Assembly (NCBI GenBank): GCA_977016875.1
Contig: CDRNST010000197.1
Location: 496,001-560,000, forward strand
DNA from: Pavona decussata
Lineage: Eukaryota
DNA length: 64,000 nucleotides
Direction of reading: 5' to 3'
Shown here: piece after piece, positions 50,582-62,500 of the stretch
Layout of the letters: each line of letters opens with the position of its first letter
Position numbering within the stretch: the stretch's first letter is position 1
Program-made: the position numbers and the translations under genes
Notes under the pieces: generated by a model
Databases searched by the model: none
The model's input: the letters and a program-made list of their open reading frames with translations, nothing else
Told to the model about the DNA's origin: nothing

Positions 50582-52772
50582 TGATCAATACGGAGATAAA
50601 ACAACAGTACACGCTAAAAGCTTGTAATACTCCTTTGCTTAAGAATAGGTGATAACTGCTATCAAACCTTCATAAAGTATCTCTCCTTTCGGAAGTATTA
50701 AGCTCACAAAGTTCGAGAACAATAACGACGTGTCAAAGGAAAAGTGAAGTACGTGCTACATTTAAGAACAGAATTTGAATTTGATTCGTTTGTGTTTTGA
50801 TTAAAAGACAAAGACGGAAAGCAATTAGCATGTCGTTAGCAGATGGAGGTACACGAGTTTTAATTTTCAATGCACCGTTGCTAATCAAACGCTTTTCCTC
50901 ACAATGCAGCACATTGCTTTCGATGATTTCACTCAGACCAATATTCACACAGTTTTGTCTTCGTTCGTCATGTTTACAGCGTCGCAATTAGAGACGCGTA
51001 CAATAGCTCATTAATATGCAATTGATTGCTTTCCAAAACGGACATTTATTATGGGATTCCAAATAAAGCCTCAGTTGATAAGATCCAATCTTTTGGATGT
51101 TTTCAGATAAGAATTTCACAGATATTAAATCGAATATTGTTTGAAGATTCGCCGTTTCACATCAAGTGCAATTTCTATGTATAATTAACCCCTACTGGGA
51201 TTTTTTAAGCAGTGCCTTTTTTTAGGCAATAGTTTATGTTTCATGATTGGTCTGCACAGCTTTGCTAAGACCAATATTTATATACTACCTACACTTGTAT
51301 ACTACAGTATTTCAATACAGAATTGCTATGTGGTGCATCATGACTGACGATATGGTGAATTTTCAGAAACAATCTTTCACTGCATTATTAGACCTCATTA
51401 GGTAATTTTGATTAAGATGTTTGTTTTATAAACATTTTATCCTTTAGCTTATAGAGTAAGTATTTGCCAGTATATGCGCCATCTAGTCGCACCAGTGGAA
51501 AAACACTTCACAGTATTTCCGCGGTTTGAGCACTGATTCAGTTCCCATGCAGTTCTGTAGTGCGATTCTCTGGGGCCGGAATAGGGTTAATGAATTTACT
51601 GGCAACAACTGGATGATAATAATAGCAGTATTTCAAGTGCTCTTTATTTGTCAGGTACTGCAAAATAAATATAGCTTGGAAATTCTTACGAGCCGGTATT
51701 AACGCGTGGGAAAGCAAAGTCCTTCGATATTGTTACCGTCTGCGGGCGTCCCTGATCGTTGTTGCTCAGTGCAAGATCGCGGGGCTTAGCAGCCCGAAAA
51801 ACTGATTCTTTAAATTTCCCCTAAACGAACCGATAGATGACTTTAGCATAATAGAATATGAATATGGTCTACACATAGTTCAGGGGCTGCTGGAAAAATA
51901 CGCGACAGTGCAGGAGTGAAAATTTTCTTCGACTTCCTGCAAAACTGAAGGACTCGCTAGAGCAAATCTACAATCCCGTTTTCAGATACCCCGCCTAGCG
52001 AGCAAATTACTCATGTGAAAATTGCTCTTGACGAGGGGCTCTTCTCTGTTGGTTCGCTTCCTCCAGCGTCCTCAAGCTTGCTTTGCTTCTTCGCCTGCTC
52101 GTATCATTAGCTCGCTTAACAAACTATCTAGAAAGGAGCTGCTAGCAGCCAGTTTAGAGCTATGTAAAGAATGTTCCGATGTTTGAATATTCGGAACACT
52201 TGTGAGGACAGAAGGTCTGACATTATAAGAGGCTTAAGAGGAATAACAATACTGATTCCACAAGCAGTATTACTGATTTAGTTGCATGCATGTCTTTCAT
52301 GCCAAGCATATCGCTAACTGATATCATTTTCGTGCATTGACTTCCTTCAGACGAAGCCACTTCAAATTCTTTGTGGTCTGATGTTGGCATACATAAAACG
52401 TTTACCGAAAATACATACTCCATAAATAAATGATTTACCTTTCCCTGGGGTTCTCCCTTATATAAGCTGTACCGGATGTGCCAGCGACAATGGGTGTGGT
52501 TTTTGAGCCGTTTTTCTGAAAACGGGTGTTGCGGTTTTGCTTTCAAGTCTAAAATTGGATATAGTTTTTTAGGGAACGTACTTATTCTTTTTTTTTTTTT
52601 TTTGTCTTCAAGCGATATAGGGCGAAGATAAAGAAAGGGAGAAACTATATCGAAACAATCATTCGGGAAACATTTGATGCGATAGAGATTGATTAACCAG
52701 TATCGCGCCAAGTCTGAAAAAGAGTATAATTTATGGGAAGTGACTTATTTTGGCCCGAAATAGGTCCAGGGA

Positions 52773-53460
52773 CTGGGTCCGGTTGTTCAAAATGCAATTA
52801 ACACTTATCCTCGATTAAGTAAAACTTTACCGAGTTTTTCACGTTTTTAAAAGCTATTAGTAAAGTCAAGTATGAATTAAAACTAAGGAGCAAAAATCTT
52901 TGGAAGAATCTTATTGATTGATAATTTAACTTGAATCAACGTTCACGTTAACCGAGGATTAGCGTTAATCGGGCTTTGAACAACTGGGCCCAGCTGTTCG
53001 AAGCCCGATTAACGCTAATCAAGAATAAAAGGGTAAACGAGGTTTTCATCTCGCTCGTTAAAAATTGTTTTAAAGGCTAACATGGCTAAGTTCAATCTAA
53101 TGGTAAAGAAAAGTCTGCATCAAAACTGAGCGACTAAAATCTTTCGGAAAAAAAATTTAATTAATTAGCTCGAATCAAAGTTCACGTTAAACTAACCCAG
53201 GATTAGCTTATAGGGGCTTTGAACAATTGGGCTTTGGGCCCAGTTGTTTAAAGCCAGGTTAAGCTAATCCTGGGTTAACATAAAGTTTGATTCATGTTTA
53301 ATGACTAACCGATAAAGATTCTTCCAAAAGATATTTATCCTCTAGTTTTTACCATTATCTTAAAATTAGCTCTTGAAAACATTTAAAATAAGCGAGAGGA
53401 AAACCTCGGTTAATTTTTGATCGGGGATTAGCGTTAATTGGTTTTCGAACAACCAGGCCC
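52773..53460. repeat. Three abutting copies of a ~220-250-bp Harbinger-like MITE
   Basis: Units at about 52773-52993, 52984-53232 and 53235-53460, each bounded by GGCCCAGTTGTTCAAAGCC..TTAACGCTAATCC-type TIRs. The third unit is inverted internally. Confidence 0.75.
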
Positions 53461-56400
53461 ACACTCTAACAAGGCAACACACCCGCTAGAACCGGTTAAG
53501 TGTAGACCTACCCACCCACCTGGGACGGTGGGTACGTCTACATGTAAATTACACATTCTCACCAAAAAATCCGACGAGTGTGGAGATTACGTCCGCTGTT
53601 CGATTAATTCTCCACAGCCACCGTTTTTGGTTTAACGATTTCTGTAAAACATCAGATATCCTTCAAAATTCAACCAAAGTACTCAAACCCGATAAAGAAA
53701 CACTAACACTGGTGTACGGCACTAGTATAACATTTTAAAGTTGCGAGATTAAACTTAATTAAAATAAACACGGTGGTAAAATCTCTTGTCGCCATGGTAA
53801 CATCAAGTTGCAGGATGAATGACTTTAAACCAACCTGATGTCAGATAACTATAGGAAAGTCACAAAGTTTAGTGCTGCACGTGATTGCTTTAAGATTAAA
53901 AAACGTTATGACTGTTCAAAGCCAGGGCGCTTATTTCCCCCCCCCCCCCCCCCCAACGCCCCCTTAACCTGTCCCAATTGTGCTTGGTAACTTTTGAGCC
54001 GCAACTCTTGGTGTTTGGAGAAACTTTACTTATAAGCAGTTCTAGCAATCTCCAGCAACTTTTGCCTTTCTGGGCAATTTTCAGCAAATAACAGGTTTAC
54101 AGCACTGACATACTGATCAAGGAGGTACAACTGAACAATTTGTTAGAAAACTCCAATTTCCAGGAATATATATACTAACTGGCCCTTGATAACGTTTCGC
54201 AGGCCTACTGCGATCCTCATCTAATATTTAAATGGCTAATTAGATGTATTTTTCTTAACCGATATTATTAGCACTTTTTGAGAAGAACAAAAAATAAAGT
54301 TCTTGATTAACGTTTGTACTCAGGAAAACATCATGAAATTTAGGTAGCACCTTCGTGGCATTCTAGGAGGGAGGGGGGGGGGGGGAATTTTTCCAGCATT
54401 TTACAAGCACAATCGCGACAGGGCTAGTTCCGTATATGATAGATAGAAAGTAGAAACTGTCTCACTTGTTTATCAACGCTCACTAAACTTAATTAACCTT
54501 GAAATGAAATTCAGCTGCTATTTCTAATTTAGGTAACTTCGATCAGAATAGATTCCGATCTCCAGCTACCGAAACCACAACTGCAAAAATCAGATCCCGT
54601 AGAAAACTGATCCTCTACACCTCACAACAACAACAATTTGTTTGCATTCCCATATATACACTCGATTGCAAAAACGTTGACACCAAAAAAGCATAAACCG
54701 TGAACGATGAGACCCAATGGCTTTATGGGTGTAAGTGTGCTAAATTTATTTGCATAATGTTCTATTCTCGTGCGACGGTTGATAACCAAAATTAGTTGCA
54801 CGTGGTGAATGATGGAAACTGTCCAAGCTTTCCTAAAGTGTCAAGTTGGCCAACAAGGGCTTTTTCAACTTTACGTATTTTTTTTCATATTTTATCTGAG
54901 TGTTTGGAAGTTTAAGCTGTTTATCTAGTTAATGCTAGTGAGATTAAGCATTCAATTGCCTAATTTCCGCTGGTATTAAAAGGTGGACCTTTACCTTGCC
55001 AACCCGAATCCGTGGAAAACCTCACAATATCTTATGTTGCTTTTCATGCTTGCTAACAGTAGCAGCAACAACTTTATTGTCTTTTGAGGCTTCACCTTTT
55101 TGGCATATCAAGCGTTATCGTGGGTTTTTTCTGCCATTTATAGTACTTAGTTTTTGATCAGGTTGTCGGTGCAAAAAGTGAGGACTCCACCAGTATTTGC
55201 TCTCGCCAGCGAATCCTTTGGAGACGCTCGCTATCCAGGCCATTAATTGCCCTTTTATGATCGCTCAAATAAAGTCAGTGAAATTGTTGCCGTTGCCAAC
55301 AATAAGCACAAAATAGGTTACACTGTTTCTGTAATACATTGAAGAAAAAAGACGTACTTTTCGAAATACTGAAATCAATACATTCAGATCCCCGCTTTTA
55401 TTTTGTCGCCGGTGGTCCTTTCAAACACAGTTACTGGTTTTCAAAATGTGTGGCTTACTAAGACCAGAAACGGAACAAGGTTTCATGCAACTTCCTTTAT
55501 CTATTGCTACAACAAGTGCCAGGTTATCAAGGGACAGGGAACATGCAAGTTTCGACCTTCGTTGCAGCTTGGTGTTCACTGAGTTAATCACATATCCCAA
55601 GAGAGCTGTAAAAATCAAGTCTTTGTTCTCATCCCATTCTCTCCACTCAAGGTGTTCTAACTCCCTGTTGCCCCAAACCAAACCTTCCCCCAGTCGGAAA
55701 ACCAGACATTTCTGTTCTTAGCAATTTATTAGTACGTTTTTCAACATCTAATGCCTGCGGACAAATTTGTATGCGTATTTTTACCTGTTTACGTCAGTGG
55801 GGCTTGTTTTTCTTTTTCGTGTGTCATTCTCGAAGACATTCGTCATTTCACCAGGCACGTCCTCATGGTCTAAGGTCATTGAACCTCACTACTCTGAAAT
55901 CTGAAACGGATGTACGTATTTACGCGTCTTAGATATGGGAAATAACTGGGTTTTATGCCAAGAATGGTTCCGCATGCCTTAAACTCAGGATGAAATGGAT
56001 GAAATAGCATGAGCCACCCATTTTTTGTATTAAAATCGGAACTAGTGAGATCATTGAGGTTTTATGAGAATAAACTTCGGGGACAAAGAAACAACAACTG
56101 AATTAAGGAAGGGTCGCTCTGTAACAGTGTAATACGTTCTTACTTGTGCAATCGTTTTGGAGTATATTTCATTTTAATTGTGAAGGTTTTTTCAGCTCAC
56201 TGCGTTTTTGTCACGGCAAACAAACGCGGGCACAAACGTCCCTAGGCTTGCGCGCCCCCACAACTCACATCCCGTCGGGACGAGATTGCGTGTAACTTCC
56301 GGTCCCTTGGGAGTGATGATAGGCCTTAATTTCGTTAACGTAACTGTACCACAAAATAACTGTATTTGGTCACAGTGAATCCCCAGAATAGAAACCAGCG

Positions 56401-56461
56401 GGAAAGTACAATGGAAAGTACTTTGAACTGACGTAGGCAATAGATCCCAGTCTCAAAGACG

Positions 56462-56942
56462 CATGTGACATACATATTTAAGATCGCTTTTCGTTGTTTA
56501 GCTAAGAGTCATCAGAGTTTTTGCATGTGGCCTTGAAATACCAATGTTCCTGAATGTTTTATTTGCTGCGTTGTTATTTCGTTTTGTGACAAAAACGGAA
56601 ATCTCGCCCATGATAATAGGTTTTTATTGAAGACGAAGCGCAAAGGATTTATACAAGCCTTGAGTACGCCTTTTTAATAACTGAATGACTCAGGCAAAAA
56701 GTTAGGTCAGTTAGGAAACATGTGACAGGACTTTGTTTGATCATAAACAACAAATTAAACGGTAATTTGAACTAAGTGACTCAGGGAAAAAAGAAAAAGC
56801 ATGTGACGACTATGGACGGTCAGTGCCTGCCGGATCACAAAACGCGAAAGGACCGAACGTGTCTAAATTCGAACTGAATGACCCAGTTAATCCAAGTAAA
56901 GAGGCATGTGGCCTGTGGATCGAGATCCGGGTGAGTCACATG
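56462..56942. promoter_or_regulatory. Candidate enhancer: cluster of CATGTGAC E-boxes and AP-1 sites
   Basis: CATGTGAC at 56462, 56719 and 56800, plus reverse GTCACATG at 56935; CATGTGG at 56524 and 56905; TGACTCA at 56686 and 56777; TGAGTCA at 56932. Confidence 0.55.
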
Positions 56943-59050
56943 GCTTTCCTCGGGAAAGACCACCGAAAACAATAACAAAACATCATGCACCTTTTTCGCT
57001 GTGTCTTGTGACCACTTTGCCTGTTCCGTGGTTTGTGGGAAGAGAAAAAAGGGGGTGTTCCCAGGATGCAAAACGCATGCATACGGCGAGGTGAGAAACA
57101 CACCCAACTCCACTCAACAGCTCACCATGGCCACCAATTCTTATCGCCACTTTTATTTTTAGCCGGAACAGGCCTTGCCAAATTCAAAACAGAACAGTGT
57201 TATTTACTTGAATTCTTGATCCAACAATGTAAACGATCAGAACAGTTCTATGGGGCTCAGACAAGTACAGACTTCCGCCAATTGTCGATGTGGTTTCCGT
57301 ACCTCGGCTTCAGCGATGAAATTGCGGTTGTCGTAATCTTCTTTGAAGTTCCTTGGATTCTTTGTCATTTTCGTGCATATTTTTCTCGGCGCTGTTGTTA
57401 ATTTTTCAGATTAACAAATAACACATCTGCCTTGGGAAAATATTCAAATTAAGACCTCAAGTTGTTTGGCTATTTTCCTACAGGAAGTCATTCTAGACGG
57501 CATTAAACATCTAGAAATATATATTATATCACTTGGTGATATAATATTCTCAAATATTTCCAAATGTTGGCTGGAATACAAACATTCGGTGTTTTTTAAG
57601 ACCGAATCGTTCCCCAGTCATGTTGATCGAACTTTCCTCTTGCCAAAATAGACTTCTTTGTCTTTGCCACAACTTGATAAAATAGAGAATAAAGGGACCG
57701 TGTGATTCAGTTTCACGACTTACGGATTCTATTCAACAAAGCCTTTTTTGACACATCGCTGTATTTAGTCTAATTGATTGAACATGACCATAAATATTCT
57801 TTGGTGTTAAGCCATGTATGAACAACTTGAAAGCAAAGGAAGGGAACGTCAGTGGTGGTTTGAATCATTTGAGAAAGGCGCTTGACCCTTCCGTTCTGAG
57901 GTCAGGGAATAAAACAATCTTCTAATTGTGGGTGGTACAGGACGCGACGGGGCTGCTCCCTTAAATGTAACTGAAAAAATACATCGCTATATTCACAGCA
58001 TCCAGCTGCGAGTCGAGCAGCTTTGAATTATGTTGACAAAAGCAGTAATTCGACGCACTCAATTCACGTTTTCCCACGGATATACTCAGTGTACATTCCT
58101 GGGAAACTATTTCTTCTTTCGTGATGACTAACAATTCCTGTTTACATTGCACTCAGGAAATAGGCCTCACGCCAAACGAAAAACGCGCCAAAAAATCGTT
58201 TTCGTGCTTTTGTTTTAATTTGACAGGCGCACAAAGCAGTTTTCCCGCGCAATATTATACGCAGGAAGATGTGAGCAGAATAGGTTTAGCGTAAACGGAA
58301 CACGACAGAAGATTATTAATTGGTTTTTTTATGTCAGAATAAAGTCTGAGAATTACTTTTTGATCATGAACAGGGTGAAATAAATTGTGTCTATGCGTTT
58401 TGACCTTTGTTTGTGAAGAATCAACAGAACTCGGTGTGACGTACAGGAACACAAAACAGCTCGCGCTGATCGATAGCGATCAGCCGTGATACTACAGACA
58501 TCCCTTATCGTAATGAATTCATGGCCGTAAATATTAATGCAAATGCAATAAATAACATTGACAGCAGAAACTATTTTTGAACGAACAACGTATCCGATGG
58601 AGTCAATTTCATTCAAATCCCTTCTGTTTGCTGTCACTTTTTTCTCAGCCGGTTTTGTTTGTGTTGTGGTTTATTGAATTGCGACCCAATCGTGTCGTGT
58701 ATCACGGAAATCTTCCAGACAACGCGGTCAAAACATTGAATCTTTTTACATTTATTACAAAAATAGTATTTACAATTTTATGCCATTATTTTGACAAGTC
58801 AATTATTCCATCCATATTTCAGGAAACGTGTTCTGTTCAAATTTAACAATATTTTTCCGTTGAACAATTCTATGAACCTCCGAGCGACATTCCAGTCTAA
58901 ACGTACCCTAGTTGTTCGTGTTAAAAATTGCGGTGATTAATTCACTCTTAATTCAAGGATAGGAATAAATACGTCCTCTGAAGAGAGTCGTTGAACAGCA
59001 ACCTTGTCTCCAACACTAGGAAAATATTTGGGTACCGCGGTGTCAGGAAG

Positions 59051-59431
59051 TCACGATCCTTGCTTTCCGTTGGTTGATACTACACTACAGTCTGTTAAGT
59101 CAGCATTCACGACTTGTAGCTCGGGCAAAACATTCATTTTGTCAAGTTCCATTTCTAAAATTAGCGATGTTAACGCATCGTCGTCCAGAATGACAGAGTC
59201 AAATCGCGATTCGTTTGAGCTGAAAAAGTCCATGCTTTGCGCCTCGAACTTCCCACTCCTGTGGATACAGTGTGGAATAGGGTATGCGTTGGAGTACGTG
59301 AAAATGCTTCCCTCGAAGGACCTGTGAGCAGAATTTCCACTTGGGGATGAAAATGGCACAGGACTTGGAATAGGCCTTGTAAACGACGGCGTCGTGGTAG
59401 TTACAGCAATGTGATTAAGCACCAAAGCCAT
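59051..59431 (-). CDS. CITED-like (CBP/p300-interacting transactivator) small intronless protein, 126 aa
   Basis: The ATG at 59431 is in strong context (ACGATGG). A Ser/Pro/Thr-rich low-complexity N-terminus precedes the acidic segment DSVILDDDALTSLILEMELDKMNVLPEL (59200-59117), which aligns without gaps to CITED2 CR2 [28 protein letters not shown] (13/28 identical, recalled sequence). Confidence 0.82.
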   Translation of the reverse strand: MALVLNHIAVTTTTPSFTRPIPSPVPFSSPSGNSAHRSFEGSIFTYSNAYPIPHCIHRSGKFEAQSMDFFSSNESRFDSVILDDDALTSLILEMELDKMNVLPELQVVNADLTDCSVVSTNGKQGS

Positions 59432-59489
59432 CGTCTGCGTCTTCAATTCTTGGTTTTCAAATGTCGTTGCACTCGGCCGCAGTCACAAC

Positions 59490-59526
59490 AGTGTTGATCG
59501 ACTCTAAATTCAAACTTCCTTTTATA
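59490..59526 (-). promoter_or_regulatory. TATA box and initiator of the CITED-like gene
   Basis: TATAAAAGG on the - strand (59526-59518), with a TCA initiator-like element about 30 nt downstream (59497-59495). The ATG follows about 65 nt later. Confidence 0.7.
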
Positions 59527-62500
59527 CCCGTCACAACTGACAAAGGAGTTATTTATAGTCCGTTACCGCAGTAGCATTGGGAGGTCACCGGAGGACACCA
59601 ATGCTCACGGATTGAAACCGAGAAGCCAAAATATTTACGCGTTGTGTAGGCGCTGATGGGAAGCGAAACTTGCGTAATAGCTAGTTTCAGACGTGACTGA
59701 AAGCCAAAGCCTCGATCCCTTAGAAGTGGTATTGGATCAATTGAGGGTCTTTCGAGAGTAGCAGGCAACAGAATTCTCGTAAACTAATATTTGACGGTGG
59801 TCTCGACTCTGCCGTTTATTGATATTCCTTTCAAAGTGTTGATAGCACCCACCATTGTTACAACGGAGATTGTAATCTGATTGTTACACAATAGCTTTGG
59901 TATTTTAATAGGCAAAGTCTCTGGTATACCTTTGATGTTGGCCGACAACGTCTTGGTTTAGGGGGAGGAAACGGGGATGATCAGCAAAACATGTTTTGCA
60001 TACAAGTTGAACTGACCCTCGAGGGCAGTGCATTAATCGTTCGATCTTTCGTTCGAATTTTCATGAACATTTTGGTCGTGAATTTACGTGACGCACGCAG
60101 TGTTCTTTGTCCGAGGATCTTTGGACATGGTTATCGTAAGCTTTTTGTCGGTTCTTTGGCACAATCAAGAAAGTCCTGCTTTTGTGTTCGCAGACAAAAA
60201 TCCTTTATCTATGGGATAAATGGGTTTTATCACTCTCCTACACATTGTGTTTTGTTGTGTTTTATATATTTTACACTTAAGCATCTAATCTAGCTCGACA
60301 GCGAAGATTTTTGCCACGTCAGAAAAAAATTCGAAACATCCTCGCGAGTTTTTATTTTTCTAAATTTAAAAGCTTGATTTCAAGCGTAAACAACCCGTTA
60401 TCTTTAGGGGTGACGATAACACAGGACTAGAATGCGCGAAAGAAAGTGGTTTTATTGATATTATGAATCGCTCTGATAAAAACAAGAGGTAATGATTTCG
60501 CTTTCATAGAACCAATTGTATACAAAAATCTATTTTTGTAGACTAATGCGACCGGTTTTATGCTCTGCATTGCGAAAGCGAAATAAACGAAACGATTAAC
60601 ACGTTTTATTTCTAATACCGGTAATTGCGTATTTTGTGTTGTGATTCACCTGAACAATTTTAGAGAATATCGTTTCAAAATTGCATAACAATCCGGCCAG
60701 ATGATTACGCCACATTTTGGCATGCCATAATTTCATATTTCCCATTCTGGAGGAACAAAGTATGGTTTGAATACGATGAAAATAGCACCATATTTTTTAA
60801 AAACGCGCCAGACATAGCTGATAATGGTCTGAGTTTCGTTAAAGATTGTGTAATCTATCTTACACCAGCGATCTTTCATGACAAAAACCTGTCAGTGATT
60901 CAAAGCGTATACATTTTAAAGCTTTCAGGTCCTATCAGAGTTATTTCAAAGAAATTTAGGTGTCCAAAGGGAATTTAATTCTTCGTATTGCAGAAAGTAC
61001 TTTGTTAAGGTTATCAAAACAAAACAAAGCCCGAAAGGCTCATTGATGTTTATTATCGTCGGCAGAAAGGTGACGTAATACTGCTATTTAGGATTACGCG
61101 CGCTTTTTATCATATCGCAAGCTCGGTCACATGCATGCGGAAATATCGGAGACAAGGAGTCCAGCAAATTTTATGTGACATTAAATTAAAGACTGCTTTA
61201 CAGTTGAATTCTATTTGTATTGTGCTGTCGGAATTCCTTCTACGTTTTATGGCTTTGGTGTGTTTACAACTGCCAGAACGGGATCAAACAAAAAACCTAA
61301 CAACGCAACGGAACTGATGGCACAAAGGAAGAATTCGAGTCATTGTCAACAATAAAGGATGATTATATATTTCAGATTGGTCTTGTGTGCATATGAATGA
61401 CAACAGATAAGATAACTCTCTTGGCATTCCGCTTTCGGGATGGACAGCTGATTTTGCTGGGTCGAAAGGGAAATGTGAGACCTGGCTCTTGGAAACCGCG
61501 GTAAGAAGAACGAAACCGCGATGAGCAGGACAATTTTAACCCTATTCTTTGAATATCCTGTTCAAAACAACCCTCTACAATCGAAGACAAAAGAATAATA
61601 GGTGAAGGAGCTATTTGTTACTTACTGAAATATTGGGCAAAGGACGTAAATTATATTTCATGTTTTCATCCTTAATTTTGTCTCGTAGCTCTCATGTAAC
61701 GATCGTTCACTTCGAGCCCTCCCGGTTCTCAAAATGATCATGACGCCAAAACTGCATATATTTTCGTTTCGCCTCCCGTCAAACCGTTCAAGTTAGCATA
61801 CAAGTTATTTGTCTCAATATCCGACTCCCTTAAAACTGAAACATACAATCGTTCAGTGTTGAGCTCTCGTTTCTTTTACTGTGAAGCCAGATTAGGGTGC
61901 TATATTTTTCCGGTACAGCTGTGTTCAGTCACTCTTTTCCTCAAGTTATTTCCATGAAAATAAGGAGCTATGCAAATCCAAAAAAATCGTTGGATTGTTG
62001 GAAAGCATTCCAAATTGTTCGTAATAGTGGTTAAATAGCCAGTTTCCTTTTCATAATATCACCCTAAAATAAATGGTTTCCTGCATACGTGTCGTTGGCT
62101 GAACAGATACCCGCTTTCATTCGCAACCGAACGTTCTATCTCGAGTCTATCTCGGTAGACTAGCAAGTGCTTTCAGTAATCAGTCCTGGTATTTTAAATA
62201 TGCCAGCGAGTCAAGTCGTGCGTGGTCGATCATGGATCACGTAAACAGCGATATTAGGACTCAAATGGACTGTTAAACATACAAAGTATGTAAATCAACT
62301 GGTAAGAAAAAAAAAATTGGAAAATCAGACATCACTGAGTTTTGACTTACGAAAGAGGTGAAAACGAAAAAAAAACTTTATGAGTTTCGTTCTCGAGAAT
62401 AATTACGTATGAGCTTTTATGGGATCATGGAAGTGAAGTACTACAGGAAAAGGAACAGGTGGTCTTCAATAAATATTCGCTAGCTTCCACCAAACCTGAG

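Noticed and set aside
51185-51590. TTAACCC...GGGTTAA piggyBac-like MITE
   Set aside because: Terminal similarity is too short to support from this window alone.
52223-52711. 162-aa minus-strand ORF
   Set aside because: It crosses a poly-T run and repeat-like sequence, has a non-ATG start and shows no recognisable domain.
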